A stretch of DNA of 64,000 nt from a virus, in IMG/VR virus record IMGVR_UViG_3300045974_000166, positions 64,001 through 128,000 of that record. One strand, written 5' to 3'. How positions within the stretch are numbered: position 1 is the stretch's first letter; each line of letters begins with the position of its first letter. Under the pieces are notes generated by a model, which worked only from the letters and a program-made list of their open reading frames with translations, was not told where the DNA came from and made no database searches. Shown in pieces: positions 48,686 through 58,383 of the stretch. Made by a program: the position numbers and the translations under genes.

Positions 48686-49732
48686 ATGACCCTAGAAGAA
48701 CGAATCAAACAAATGCTTGAAGAAAGCACAAAGCAAGTAACTCCTGAAGTTGTTGCCGAAGAAATTGTTGAAGAAACTACTTCGCTTACAGAAGAAGAAC
48801 TTGATGAAATGACTCAAGAAGAATTTGATGCTATTGATGAAGAACAATTGGACGAATTGTCTAAAAAGACTTTGAAGTCTTATATCAAAAAAGCAGATCG
48901 CCAAAACTCTAACATGGATGTTGATGACCAAGCTGGTTTTAACAAATATATGAAGAGAAGCGATAATATTGATAGAGCAGAGGAAAAGCTAAATCCTAAA
49001 CGGAAAACCGAAAGTGCAGAAGTTTCTTCACAAGTAGCCGCCCTTCTTGAAGCTGAAGGTCTCTCAGAAGAATTCAAAATGCAAGCTGTAACGATTTTCG
49101 AAGCAGCTGTAACAGATCGCGTACTTCAGATCCAAGAAGAAATGGAAGCTGAATACAACGAAAAACTCGACGAAGCCAAGGCCGAACTCGAAACAAATAT
49201 TGATGGATTTTTGAATGAAGCTGTCCAGGAATGGGCAGATAATAATGAAGTAGCAATTGAGTCTAACTTCAAGATGCGCCTAGCAGAAAGTTTCATGGAT
49301 GGTCTTCAGTCACTATTGGCTGAACACAATATTGATCTGCCAGATGAATCAGAAGATGCGCTCGAAATTGCATTAGATGAAGTTAATAAACTTGAAGAAC
49401 AAGTCTCGAGTACAGATGAAGTGATTGCTGAATTGCAAGAACAAATCGACACTCTAAAGGCTGAAAAGATTCTTGAGTCATTCAAAGAAAAGATGACTGG
49501 CACAGAATTTGATCGCTTCGTTCAATTGACGGAGTCTGTTAAGTTTAAAGACGAAACTCAATATGCTAAACAACTCAGCATTGTGCTAGAGAATTTTGGT
49601 AAGATTGCCGCAAAGAAGGTAGAACAAACAGAACAGATCGTTGAAGAAGTTGCAGCACCAGTTGCTCAACCAATCGTCACCGAATCATTCTCTTCAGTTA
49701 ACCGCTACGCACAATATCTTGCCAAGAAGTAA
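48686..49732 (+). CDS. gp22: Prohead scaffolding protein gp22
   Basis: GLSEEFKMQAVTIFEAAV..NEVAIESNFK..ESFMDGLQSLLAEHNIDLP; directly before gp23. Confidence 0.92.
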   Translation: MTLEERIKQMLEESTKQVTPEVVAEEIVEETTSLTEEELDEMTQEEFDAIDEEQLDELSKKTLKSYIKKADRQNSNMDVDDQAGFNKYMKRSDNIDRAEEKLNPKRKTESAEVSSQVAALLEAEGLSEEFKMQAVTIFEAAVTDRVLQIQEEMEAEYNEKLDEAKAELETNIDGFLNEAVQEWADNNEVAIESNFKMRLAESFMDGLQSLLAEHNIDLPDESEDALEIALDEVNKLEEQVSSTDEVIAELQEQIDTLKAEKILESFKEKMTGTEFDRFVQLTESVKFKDETQYAKQLSIVLENFGKIAAKKVEQTEQIVEEVAAPVAQPIVTESFSSVNRYAQYLAKK

Positions 49733-49772
49733 GTATTGAAACAATAAAAATCCATAACTAAAAGGAAAAATC

Positions 49773-51116
49773 ATGGCAGTTCAAACCGTAGAACAATTAA
49801 TGGAAAAATGGGCACCAGTGCTCGACGCTGAAGGCGTAACTCCAATCACTAACATGCACAAACGTCAAACGACAGCTGTGCTCTTGGAAAATACCGAACA
49901 AGATATTATCCAAACTCGTCAACTCTTGTCTGAAGCAGCTCCAGGTTCACAAACCCAAGGCTACCCAACAGACGGTACCGGTCTTTCTAAGTTCGACCCA
50001 GTGTTGATCTCCATGGTTCGCCGTGCAGCTCCACAAATGTTGGCTTATGACATCTGCGGCGTTCAGCCACTACGTCAGCCTACAGGTTTGATCTTTGCAT
50101 TGCGTAGCCGCTACGGTGCACAATCAGGTGCTGAAGCTCAGTTCCTTGAAGCTAACGCAGCATTCTCTGGTGCTGCTGGTACTTCTCCTGGTACTTCTAC
50201 TGGTGCTGGCCAAGCTTTGTACACTAGCGATCCAACCAACGACTTCGTATTCTCTGACCAAGATCCAACTGCTACTACCTCGACAGCAATTGTTGCTCCA
50301 GGTCAAGGCCTAACGACTCAGGTCGGCGAAACTTTGGGTTCGACAGGTCCAGCATTTGCTGAAATGTCTTTCACCATTGAACAAATGTCTGTTACTGCTA
50401 AGACTCGCGCATTGAAGGCTGGTTACTCAGTTGAATTTGCTCAAGACGTTAAGAACCTACACGGTCTTGATGCTGATGCAGAATTGAGCAACATTCTTTC
50501 AACCGAAATCTTGTCTGAAGTGAATCGTGAAGTTCTTCGCACTATCTATCTTAGCGCTAAGGTTGGTGCCCAAGGAACTACTGTTGCTGGTATCTTCAAC
50601 TTGACCGCTGACTCTGATGGCCGTTGGTTGGCAGAACGTCATAAAGGTCTGTTGTTCCAAATCGAACGTGAAGCTAATGCTATCGCTCAAGAAACTCGTC
50701 GCGGTAAAGGTAACATCTTGGTTTGCTCCAGCGATGTGGCTTCTGCCCTTTCTATGGGTGGTATGTTGGATTATGCTCCAGCCTTGGCAAATGACATCAA
50801 CGTTGACGACACAGGCGCTACATTCGCTGGTGTTTTGAACAAACGTATGCGCGTCTACATTGACCCATATGCTGGTGTTGCCGGTACGAACTCTCAGTTC
50901 TTCATGGTTGGTTACAAGGGTGCTTCCGCTTGGGACGCTGGCCAGTTCTACTGCCCATATATTCCATTGCAAATCGTTCGCACTACTGACCCAGCTACAA
51001 TGAGCCCAGTGCTTGCTTACAGATTGCGTTACGGCATGGCTCGTAACCCATTCTTCAACACTGCTGGTCGTACAAATGCGTACTACCGTATTGCTGCTGT
51101 TCGTAACATCATCTAA
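49773..51116 (+). CDS. gp23: Major capsid protein gp23
   Basis: LMEKWAPVLD..FDPVLISMVRRAAP..GVQP..PTGLIFALR..ELSNILSTEILSEVNREV..YCPYIPL. Confidence 0.98.
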   Translation: MAVQTVEQLMEKWAPVLDAEGVTPITNMHKRQTTAVLLENTEQDIIQTRQLLSEAAPGSQTQGYPTDGTGLSKFDPVLISMVRRAAPQMLAYDICGVQPLRQPTGLIFALRSRYGAQSGAEAQFLEANAAFSGAAGTSPGTSTGAGQALYTSDPTNDFVFSDQDPTATTSTAIVAPGQGLTTQVGETLGSTGPAFAEMSFTIEQMSVTAKTRALKAGYSVEFAQDVKNLHGLDADAELSNILSTEILSEVNREVLRTIYLSAKVGAQGTTVAGIFNLTADSDGRWLAERHKGLLFQIEREANAIAQETRRGKGNILVCSSDVASALSMGGMLDYAPALANDINVDDTGATFAGVLNKRMRVYIDPYAGVAGTNSQFFMVGYKGASAWDAGQFYCPYIPLQIVRTTDPATMSPVLAYRLRYGMARNPFFNTAGRTNAYYRIAAVRNII

Positions 51117-51134
51117 TCTTAGAATTGGAAATGC

Positions 51135-51160
51135 AAAAGGGACCTTCGGGTCCCTTTTTT
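51135..51160 (+). terminator. Rho-independent terminator with UUCG tetraloop
   Basis: AAAA-GGGACC-TTCG-GGTCCC-TTTTTT after gp23. Confidence 0.92.
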
Positions 51161-51162
51161 AT

Positions 51163-51196
51163 TTTACAAGTCATTCTAATGTGATACAATTAAATA
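51163..51196 (+). promoter_or_regulatory. Sigma70-like promoter (TTTACA-16-TGnTACAAT) overlapping a late motif ATTAAATA
   Basis: -35 at 51163-68, -10 at 51185-90, late motif at 51189-96; upstream of the omega homolog. Confidence 0.65.
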
Positions 51197-51218
51197 TGTT
51201 ACTATTAAAGGATTAAAG

Positions 51219-51422
51219 ATGCAAGCTAAAAAACTCTCACGGCATGACCAAGTAAACATTGATAAAATTCGTGATGCAGGAAATATCTATCAGACTATTA
51301 TCATAGCTTCTGCCAGAGCTTATGAACTTCGTAAGGGTGCTCCATCAAAAGTTGTAGACCATGAAGATCCTTTCAATTCTGGTGTTATGACTGCTCTCCT
51401 AGAAATCCAAGAAGGATTGTAA
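51219..51422 (+). CDS. rpoZ: RNA polymerase omega subunit homolog
   Basis: GNIYQTIIIASARAYEL and TALLEIQEGL align with RpoZ GNRFDLVLVAARRARQ and IALREIEEGL. Confidence 0.8.
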   Translation: MQAKKLSRHDQVNIDKIRDAGNIYQTIIIASARAYELRKGAPSKVVDHEDPFNSGVMTALLEIQEGL

Positions 51423-51425
51423 AAT

Positions 51426-51896
51426 ATGGATTACAATACTCTAAAGCAGAATTCGTTCCAGTTCTCAATTGAAAGAATTCCAGAAACGATGTTCAAGGTA
51501 ACTTCAGTTAACCTGCCTAATGTTTCTGTACCTGCTCCAATGGCTTCATCGGCCGCATCGAACCAATGGTTTCCAGGTTCTACGTCAGAATTTGCACAAT
51601 TAGATCTCACATTCATCGTTGATGAAAATCTAAAGAATTACGAAGAACTTTTCCGTTGGATTACACAGCAACGCTTTGCGATTGGTGATGACTATATTTC
51701 TAAAAATGTGAATGAAGAAAAATTAGTATCCGATGGTACTTTACTGACGCTCACTAATGCTTCGAATCCTAACCGTGTAATCAAATTCTACGATATGTTT
51801 CCTACTAATGTCTCGGCACTGAACTTTAATACTCATTCTTCGGACATCGTAGAATGTACGGTTACTTTTTATCTTTCTCGGTTCGTTTTCGCATAA
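51426..51896 (+). CDS. gp3: Tail tube terminator gp3-like
   Basis: FQFSIERIP..VNLP..LTFIVDENLKNYEELFRWI..DGTLLTLTN..FYDMFPT..LNFN. Confidence 0.85.
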   Translation: MDYNTLKQNSFQFSIERIPETMFKVTSVNLPNVSVPAPMASSAASNQWFPGSTSEFAQLDLTFIVDENLKNYEELFRWITQQRFAIGDDYISKNVNEEKLVSDGTLLTLTNASNPNRVIKFYDMFPTNVSALNFNTHSSDIVECTVTFYLSRFVFA

Positions 51897-51990
51897 AACC
51901 GATTTTGACCCTTATAAGTTATTGATCTATAAAGGTATTTTCGGTCGTTTTCCGAGAATCTCGAGTTTCCGATGGTCTATACAGCAAAAT

Positions 51991-52018
51991 TTTACTTTCT
52001 TCTGTATCCATTTATAAT
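51991..52018 (+). promoter_or_regulatory. Sigma70-like (early/middle) promoter upstream of uvsY
   Basis: TTTACT-16-TATAAT. Confidence 0.55.
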
Positions 52019-52036
52019 GAAATTTTGAACTAAAAT

Positions 52037-52477
52037 ATGCTAACAAATGAAGAATTAATGGCCCAATGGGCATTAGATTGTAAAATAGACCAGTCGCGAC
52101 TCTCAGAGAGAATGTCTTCTCACCCCATTCTGCACTCGAAATATCTTACATTTCTCCAAACGTACAAAATCAAACTCCGGACACTTTCTCTTAAGTACCA
52201 GAAACGTCGGCAGCTCATGACAAAATACTACAATGGTGAGATGACCGAAGATGAACTGATGGGTAATTACTTGAAGCAATGGCTTTACAAGAAACCTCTG
52301 CGGTCTGAAATGGAAAGCCTTCTTGATGCCGATGAATCTTTACAGCTGATCAAAGAACAAATTCTTTATATAGAAACTATGATTCAGGCATGTGAAAGCA
52401 TTCTCAAGGATGTAGGCAATCAATACTACTTGTTTAAATCAATAGTCGACCAAAACAAATTTTTATCAGGAGTTTAA
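52037..52477 (+). CDS. uvsY: Recombination mediator UvsY
   Basis: WALDCKID..HPILHSKYL..YYNGE..LDADE. Confidence 0.85.
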   Translation: MLTNEELMAQWALDCKIDQSRLSERMSSHPILHSKYLTFLQTYKIKLRTLSLKYQKRRQLMTKYYNGEMTEDELMGNYLKQWLYKKPLRSEMESLLDADESLQLIKEQILYIETMIQACESILKDVGNQYYLFKSIVDQNKFLSGV

Positions 52478-52478
52478 T

Positions 52479-52745
52479 ATGAATGCAGGTGCAATTGCTA
52501 TAGCTACGGAACTAATGATCCGCTCGGACAAGAAGATGGTAGAAAAGATCTTCGATTGGATTGAGATGAATGTAAACGGTCAGCATATGTATGTGGATCA
52601 CAAGGCCGATTGTACTTATATCATTGGTGAATCTGATCTATTTGACACCCCAGTTCTGCTCAATGACTATCCGGTGTACAATTTGATCTATGAAAAACGT
52701 AAAGGCTTTATGCTGTACAAAACTGTGTCAACTGTTAAGTTATGA
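52479..52745 (+). CDS. Hypothetical protein
   Basis: ORF coupled between uvsY and uvsW. Confidence 0.55.
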   Translation: MNAGAIAIATELMIRSDKKMVEKIFDWIEMNVNGQHMYVDHKADCTYIIGESDLFDTPVLLNDYPVYNLIYEKRKGFMLYKTVSTVKL

Positions 52746-54226
52746 CCGACATCGTTGTCACTAAACTCAACGAGTCTTTTGTCAGAGTAAAGTCCGATCC
52801 CGACATAGCACGAGAAATCTCAGACGTCTACACATTTGAAATTCCTGGTGCCAAGTTTACACCATTGTATAAGATGGGAAGGTGGGATGGAAAAATCCGC
52901 ATCTTCAATATTGGAGCCAGAACTCTACCATACGGTCTGGCTAATGAGCTCAAAAAGTTTGCCGAAGAAAGAAACTACTCATTCGAGCTTGACATTCCAG
53001 ACATGACCGATGCAGGTCTAACATACAAAGATGTAGCAGATTTTGCATCCACTCTGGGTATTGACAAAAGAATTCCACCTATTGAGATCCGTGACTACCA
53101 GATCAATGGTGCTTTCCAAGCACTAAAGAACAAACGTGCAATTCTCCATGCTGCCACTGGAGCCGGTAAATCTCTAGTTCTGTTTATCATCTGCCGTTAC
53201 ATCGTAGAAGAACTACAGATGCGAGTGCTTATTGTTGTACCGACAATCTCACTTACATCTCAAATGAAGTCTGACTTTGCCGATTATGCATCTGGCACAG
53301 ATTGGTCAGCCGATGTTAATGTTCATTGTATCTCAGCAGGAGCCGATAAGAACGTTAAGAAACCTATCACAGTCTCTACATTCCAATCTATTTACAAGAT
53401 GGATTCAGATTGGTTAAACCAGTACGGTTGCATCATTGGAGACGAAGGGCACAAAATTGTAGCCAAGACGATCACAGGTATATATGAACGCGCCACAGAA
53501 GTGCAGTACAAACTTGCCTGTACAGGTACTCTGCATGACATGAAGTGCAACATTTTGGTAATGAAAGGCATCACGGGAGATGTCCATGAAATTGCTACGA
53601 CTTCAACTCTGATTGAGAACAAACAGCTTGTACCGTTGACTATCAAGGCGATTATTCTCAACCACCCAGATCATGTCGCTAAGGCATTTAAGAAGGCAGA
53701 ATATGATGACGAAATTAGGTACATAGTTTCTCTGTCAAAGCGAAATGAATTTGTCGCTAAACTTGCCTCCCAGTGCAAAGGAACGACTCTGGTGCTTTTT
53801 AGGTTCGTAGATCTACAAGGCACTGCTCTATATAGTTTAGTCTGTGACAAGGCACCAACTCGAAATGTTCACTATATCGATGGCACAGTCACGGGTAAGG
53901 ACCGAGAACTCATTCGGAAAGATGCCAATACAGGTGATGACATTATTGTTGCGAGCTATGCAGTTTTTTCTACCGGAGTTAATCTCCCAGCTATCGAGAA
54001 CATCATCTTTGCCCACCCTGCAAAATCTGCCATTACCATCATCCAGTCAATCGGCCGCGGCCTGAGACTCAAAGAAGGTAAAGATAAATGTACTTTATAC
54101 GATATTTCAGATAATATGACATACGGTAAAAAGCCAAATATTTCTTATAGGCATCTAGGTGACCGATTAGGAACTTACACTAAGAATGGCTTCACCTATT
54201 CTATGGTAAATGTAAACTTTAAATGA
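52742..54226 (+). CDS. uvsW: UvsW helicase
   Basis: GRWDGKIRIF; ATGAGKS; IGDEGH; FSTGVN..IIQSIGRGLR. Confidence 0.95.
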   Translation: MTDIVVTKLNESFVRVKSDPDIAREISDVYTFEIPGAKFTPLYKMGRWDGKIRIFNIGARTLPYGLANELKKFAEERNYSFELDIPDMTDAGLTYKDVADFASTLGIDKRIPPIEIRDYQINGAFQALKNKRAILHAATGAGKSLVLFIICRYIVEELQMRVLIVVPTISLTSQMKSDFADYASGTDWSADVNVHCISAGADKNVKKPITVSTFQSIYKMDSDWLNQYGCIIGDEGHKIVAKTITGIYERATEVQYKLACTGTLHDMKCNILVMKGITGDVHEIATTSTLIENKQLVPLTIKAIILNHPDHVAKAFKKAEYDDEIRYIVSLSKRNEFVAKLASQCKGTTLVLFRFVDLQGTALYSLVCDKAPTRNVHYIDGTVTGKDRELIRKDANTGDDIIVASYAVFSTGVNLPAIENIIFAHPAKSAITIIQSIGRGLRLKEGKDKCTLYDISDNMTYGKKPNISYRHLGDRLGTYTKNGFTYSMVNVNFK

Positions 54227-54240
54227 AAGGTGAACTTTAA

Positions 54241-54639
54241 ATGTCTAAAATTGCTAAAATTGAACATCCTTGTTTTGCTGTAAAATTATCCTCGGGAGAA
54301 ACTTTACTTACTGGCTCCTCTTATGTGGCAGAAGGGATGATGTTTTTTCTATACCCACTAAAGATAAATTTTACTCCTGTCCTTTTTGATGATAAAATTG
54401 TAACACAATACATTCCAACGCTGTACCAACCTTTTGGAGACAATAAATATATCCCCATCATTGCAGAACATGTTATTTCTATCCTAAAGGCTTCTGAAGC
54501 CGATACAAGATTTTACAACAATTCTCTTCATGGACTTATAATTGAAGAAACTAGAAGGTTGTTGGCTTTTGATTCTATAATGAATAGAGTCGATTATGAA
54601 GACAAATTAATTATGGCCCCACCAAATGCAATTCAATGA
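54241..54639 (+). CDS. Conserved hypothetical protein following uvsW
   Basis: AVKLSSGETL N-terminal motif; typical position after uvsW. Confidence 0.55.
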   Translation: MSKIAKIEHPCFAVKLSSGETLLTGSSYVAEGMMFFLYPLKINFTPVLFDDKIVTQYIPTLYQPFGDNKYIPIIAEHVISILKASEADTRFYNNSLHGLIIEETRRLLAFDSIMNRVDYEDKLIMAPPNAIQ

Positions 54640-55657
54640 TGACTATTTTCTTCAAGTTTCATATGCTAAAATTTTAGGATCTAGGTTAGAAAGATTCCGG
54701 GTTAAAAAAGAATCTCCATTTTTGGCTGCGGCCAGATGTCCAGTCTGTGGTGATTCTGCTAAGGTAAAAACAAAGACACGATTTCAACTCTATGAGAAAA
54801 ATCATTCAATAAACTGTCTTTGCTTTAATTGTGGTCTTTCGACTACTCTAACTAGTTTCTTAAAGACTCACTATAAGCAGTTGTTTGATGAATTCATATT
54901 TGAGAAATTTAGACATAATGCACCAGCTGCAAAAAAAGAATTCGTACCGGAAATAGTAAAATATGAACAGTGTGACGAACCAGATGAATTGAAGTTGCAA
55001 TTGGTCTCTGACTTACCAGATGATCATTTTGCAAAGCAATACATAAAAGAGAGAAAACTTCCCGCTTACCCTTTTTATTATACGGACAAATTCTATGAAT
55101 ACTCTTCCCAGTTTAATGACACCTTCGAATCAAACACAAGAGACGAAGCCCGCATCATCATTCCCTTCTTCGACAGAAAAGGCAAGATCTTTGCGTACCA
55201 GGGAAGAGACCTTTCAGACCACTCAAACCAAAAATACATCACAGTCAAAATTAATGAAAAGACGCCTCTGTTATTTGGTTTCGAGCGACTTGACTTAAAT
55301 AAACCTATGACCTTGTTAGAAGGTCCTTTAGATTCTCTATTCATAGAAAATGCCATGGCATCTGTGAATGCATCTCTTGCGACTACTGCTAACTGGTTTT
55401 TAAAAGGAACTAAGATCAACAGTGATTTACTCACTGTTGTACTAGATAATGAACCGAGAAATAGAGCGGTAGTGAAGGAATATGAAAAAGCTATTGAGTC
55501 AGGATTAAAGATAGTAATCTGGCCAAAAGTCGTTGAACAATACAAAGACATAAACAACATGATTATCCATGGAATAGACCCAGTAACTCTGATCAAGAGT
55601 AATACATATAAGGGTTTAATGGCAAACTTAAAACTAAATGAATGGAAAAAGGTATAA
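54626..55657 (+). CDS. gp61: DNA primase gp61
   Basis: Zn finger RCPVCGDS..CFNCG; RIIIPF..YQGR; TOPRIM LEGPLDSLF..DNEPRN..KDINNM. Confidence 0.95.
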   Translation: MQFNDDYFLQVSYAKILGSRLERFRVKKESPFLAAARCPVCGDSAKVKTKTRFQLYEKNHSINCLCFNCGLSTTLTSFLKTHYKQLFDEFIFEKFRHNAPAAKKEFVPEIVKYEQCDEPDELKLQLVSDLPDDHFAKQYIKERKLPAYPFYYTDKFYEYSSQFNDTFESNTRDEARIIIPFFDRKGKIFAYQGRDLSDHSNQKYITVKINEKTPLLFGFERLDLNKPMTLLEGPLDSLFIENAMASVNASLATTANWFLKGTKINSDLLTVVLDNEPRNRAVVKEYEKAIESGLKIVIWPKVVEQYKDINNMIIHGIDPVTLIKSNTYKGLMANLKLNEWKKV

Positions 55658-55662
55658 ACACA

Positions 55663-57888
55663 ATGACACAAGAACGAGAATATTCAGGTAACCTAATGCT
55701 GGCGGAATCAAAATTTTATATGGGTTACTCTAGATGGGATGAAGCTAAGGGTGGGTATGAAACATGGGAGGAATCGGTAGCTCGTGTAATGAATATGCAT
55801 CGGAATAAGTACGCTAATATCATGTCTCCGGAATTGGATGAAGCATTGAAATTTGCCCAAGCCGCATACACCGAGAAACTTGTACTTGGTGCTCAACGTG
55901 CTCTACAGTTCGGTGGTGAACAGATCTTCAAACATGAATCTCGTATGTACAACTGTTCGGTCTCCTATGCCGACAGGCCAGCATTCTTTAATGAATGTAT
56001 GTATCTTATGCTTTCTGGTTGTGGTGTTGGTTTCTCAGTTGGTAAGAAACGTATCGCCAAACTTCCAAACATTGCTCGGCGTTCTCAAAAGAAGGTTAAA
56101 CTCTATCAGATTCCAGATTCTATTGAGGGTTGGTCAGAAGCATTTGGTGTTCTGTTAAGTTCATATTTCACAGAGGGTGCAACTCACCCAGAGTACCGCG
56201 GTTGCCAAGTTCACTTTGACTTTACTAAAATTCGCCCAGAAGGTGCTAAAATCTCTGGTGGTTTTAAGGCACCAGGTCCAGACGGTCTCCGTGCTGCTCT
56301 GATCAAATGTGAAGATGTTCTTGAAAATCTTCTAATTGAGAAACCTGTATCTAGACTAAATACTATTTCGGCATATGACTTTGTGATGCACATGTCTGAT
56401 GCCGTTCTTTCTGGTGGTGTTCGGCGCTCGGCAACTATTTGTGTATTTGATAAAGATGATCAGGCTATGTTGAATGCCAAAACTGGTGATTGGTTTGTTT
56501 CTAATCCTCAGCGCGGTCGTTCGAATAACTCTGCTCTCATTATCCGTGATGATCTTGAACGTGACGAATGGGCTCTAATTATGAAGTCCGTTAAAGAATT
56601 TGGTGAGCCAGGATTCATCTTTGCCGACTCAGATGACTTCATGTTCAATCCATGTGTTGAGATTGGTATGTTACCACAGACCGAAGATGGTCGCTCTGGT
56701 TTCCAATTCTGTAACCTCACAGAGATCAATGGTCGTAAGTGTGTAGACAAAGAAACTTTCCTACGTGCTTGCCGTGCATCCGCAATTCTTGGTACTGTCC
56801 AAGCGGGGTATACAAACTTCAAATACGTCTCGAAAGAAACAAAAGAGATTACAGACCGTGAAGCTCTCATTGGTTGTTCTATTACCGGTTGGATGAACAA
56901 TCCAGACATTCTGTTCGACAAAGACAACATGATTGAAGGTGCTAGATTAGTACTGGAAGTCAATGCTCAAATTGCCGACCTTATTGGTATCAACCATGCA
57001 GCTCGCGGTACTTGTGTGAAACCATCTGGCAATGCATCGACACTTCTTACTTCTGCATCAGGTATTCATGGAGAACATGCCGAGCAATTATTCCGTCATG
57101 TACAAATGAATGTGAATGACGAAGTTGCCAAGCATATTATGGACATCAATCCAAAAATGGTAGAGAAATCTGTGTGGTCATCCAACGGTACCGATATTGT
57201 GGTGGCATTCCCAATTGTTACCAAACCGGGTTCTAAGTACAAGTCCGAATTGCTCGGTGTAAAACAACTTGAGTATGTAAAACTTGCTCAACAGTACTGG
57301 GTCGAATACGGCACCAATGTAGAACTCTGTGCTCATCCAAAACTACGCCACAATGTTTCCAACACTATTACCGTAGACAACTGGGATGAAGTTGAGCAAT
57401 ATCTGTTTGACAACCGTGAGTTCTTTGCTGGTGTTTCTCTTATGGCAGGTTCTGGTGATAAGGCCTATGCTCAGGCTCCATTCACTGAGGTACTTACTTT
57501 TGAAAAGATTGTGAAAATTCATGGTGAAGGTTCCTTGTTTGCATCAGGTCTGATCGTTGAAGCACTCCGTGCCTACAATGAGAATCTTTGGTTGGCCTGT
57601 GACACAATGCAGGGTAAGGGTCTCAAACTCTCGGCTGAATCTGAAGATCTGCTTAAACGTGATTGGATTCGTAGAGCAACTAAATTTGCTTCTAATTATT
57701 TCAATGATGATCTCGACCGTATGATCGCTTGTCTTAAGGATTGTTACAATCTGCACAAGTGGAGTAACATCGTTAGGTCTATGTACTACATAGACTTCTC
57801 AAAAGAACTTCAGGCTCAGCAGTACGTAAGTGTAGATTCTTTGGCTGGTGCAGCTTGTTCTGGAGGAACATGTGAATTAGTTTGGTGA
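55663..57888 (+). CDS. nrdJ: Ribonucleotide reductase, probably class II (adenosylcobalamin-dependent)
   Basis: MYNCS, LSGGVRRSA, NPCVEI, FCNLTEING, TCVKPSG, C-terminal CSGGTCE; no adjacent beta-subunit gene. Confidence 0.85.
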   Translation: MTQEREYSGNLMLAESKFYMGYSRWDEAKGGYETWEESVARVMNMHRNKYANIMSPELDEALKFAQAAYTEKLVLGAQRALQFGGEQIFKHESRMYNCSVSYADRPAFFNECMYLMLSGCGVGFSVGKKRIAKLPNIARRSQKKVKLYQIPDSIEGWSEAFGVLLSSYFTEGATHPEYRGCQVHFDFTKIRPEGAKISGGFKAPGPDGLRAALIKCEDVLENLLIEKPVSRLNTISAYDFVMHMSDAVLSGGVRRSATICVFDKDDQAMLNAKTGDWFVSNPQRGRSNNSALIIRDDLERDEWALIMKSVKEFGEPGFIFADSDDFMFNPCVEIGMLPQTEDGRSGFQFCNLTEINGRKCVDKETFLRACRASAILGTVQAGYTNFKYVSKETKEITDREALIGCSITGWMNNPDILFDKDNMIEGARLVLEVNAQIADLIGINHAARGTCVKPSGNASTLLTSASGIHGEHAEQLFRHVQMNVNDEVAKHIMDINPKMVEKSVWSSNGTDIVVAFPIVTKPGSKYKSELLGVKQLEYVKLAQQYWVEYGTNVELCAHPKLRHNVSNTITVDNWDEVEQYLFDNREFFAGVSLMAGSGDKAYAQAPFTEVLTFEKIVKIHGEGSLFASGLIVEALRAYNENLWLACDTMQGKGLKLSAESEDLLKRDWIRRATKFASNYFNDDLDRMIACLKDCYNLHKWSNIVRSMYYIDFSKELQAQQYVSVDSLAGAACSGGTCELVW

Positions 57889-57892
57889 TTGC

Positions 57893-57926
57893 ATTAAATA
57901 TCTACCAGAGTAACTTTCTGGTAGAT
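57893..57926 (+). promoter_or_regulatory. Late promoter motif plus RBS-occluding hairpin
   Basis: ATTAAATA (57893-900), then ATCTACCAGA-GTAACTT-TCTGGTAGAT ending 2 nt before ATG 57928. Confidence 0.7.
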
Positions 57927-57927
57927 T

Positions 57928-58383
57928 ATGACTTGGATTTATGAAAACGAGCCGGTGACTGAGGTAGACCCAAAGTACATCGGCTTTATATATAGAATTA
58001 CGAATTTGATAGATGGCCGCATGTACATAGGTAAGAAAAAATCTACGTTCAAAAAGACATCTATCAAAACTGTAAAATTGAAGAATGGCGAAAAGAGAAA
58101 GAAAAAAATTCGATCTTTAGTTCCATCTGACTGGGATACCTATTATGGATCTTCGGAAGAATTAAAGAAAGATGTAGAAACTCTTGGTAAAGAAAATTTC
58201 AAACGAGAAATTACCAGGTGGTGTCGTACACTAACAGAGCTGACATATTTCGAAGCCCGAGAGCAGTTTGTTAGTGATTGTCTTTTATATCCAGATAAAT
58301 TCTATAATGCTTGGATTTCATGCAGAACTCGCAGAGATCATTTACTAAAATACGCACAAAATGAAAGTTGTATTAAAATCTAA
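57928..58383 (+). CDS. GIY-YIG domain protein
   Basis: GFIYRITN..GRMYIGKK; DWDTYYGSS; FKREI..LTYFE. Confidence 0.85.
   Translation: MTWIYENEPVTEVDPKYIGFIYRITNLIDGRMYIGKKKSTFKKTSIKTVKLKNGEKRKKKIRSLVPSDWDTYYGSSEELKKDVETLGKENFKREITRWCRTLTELTYFEAREQFVSDCLLYPDKFYNAWISCRTRRDHLLKYAQNESCIKI

Noticed and set aside
57928-58383. Group I intron-borne homing endonuclease in nrdJ
   Set aside because: nrdJ is uninterrupted and ends before this ORF. The ORF is short, free-standing and lacks an obvious DNA-binding extension.
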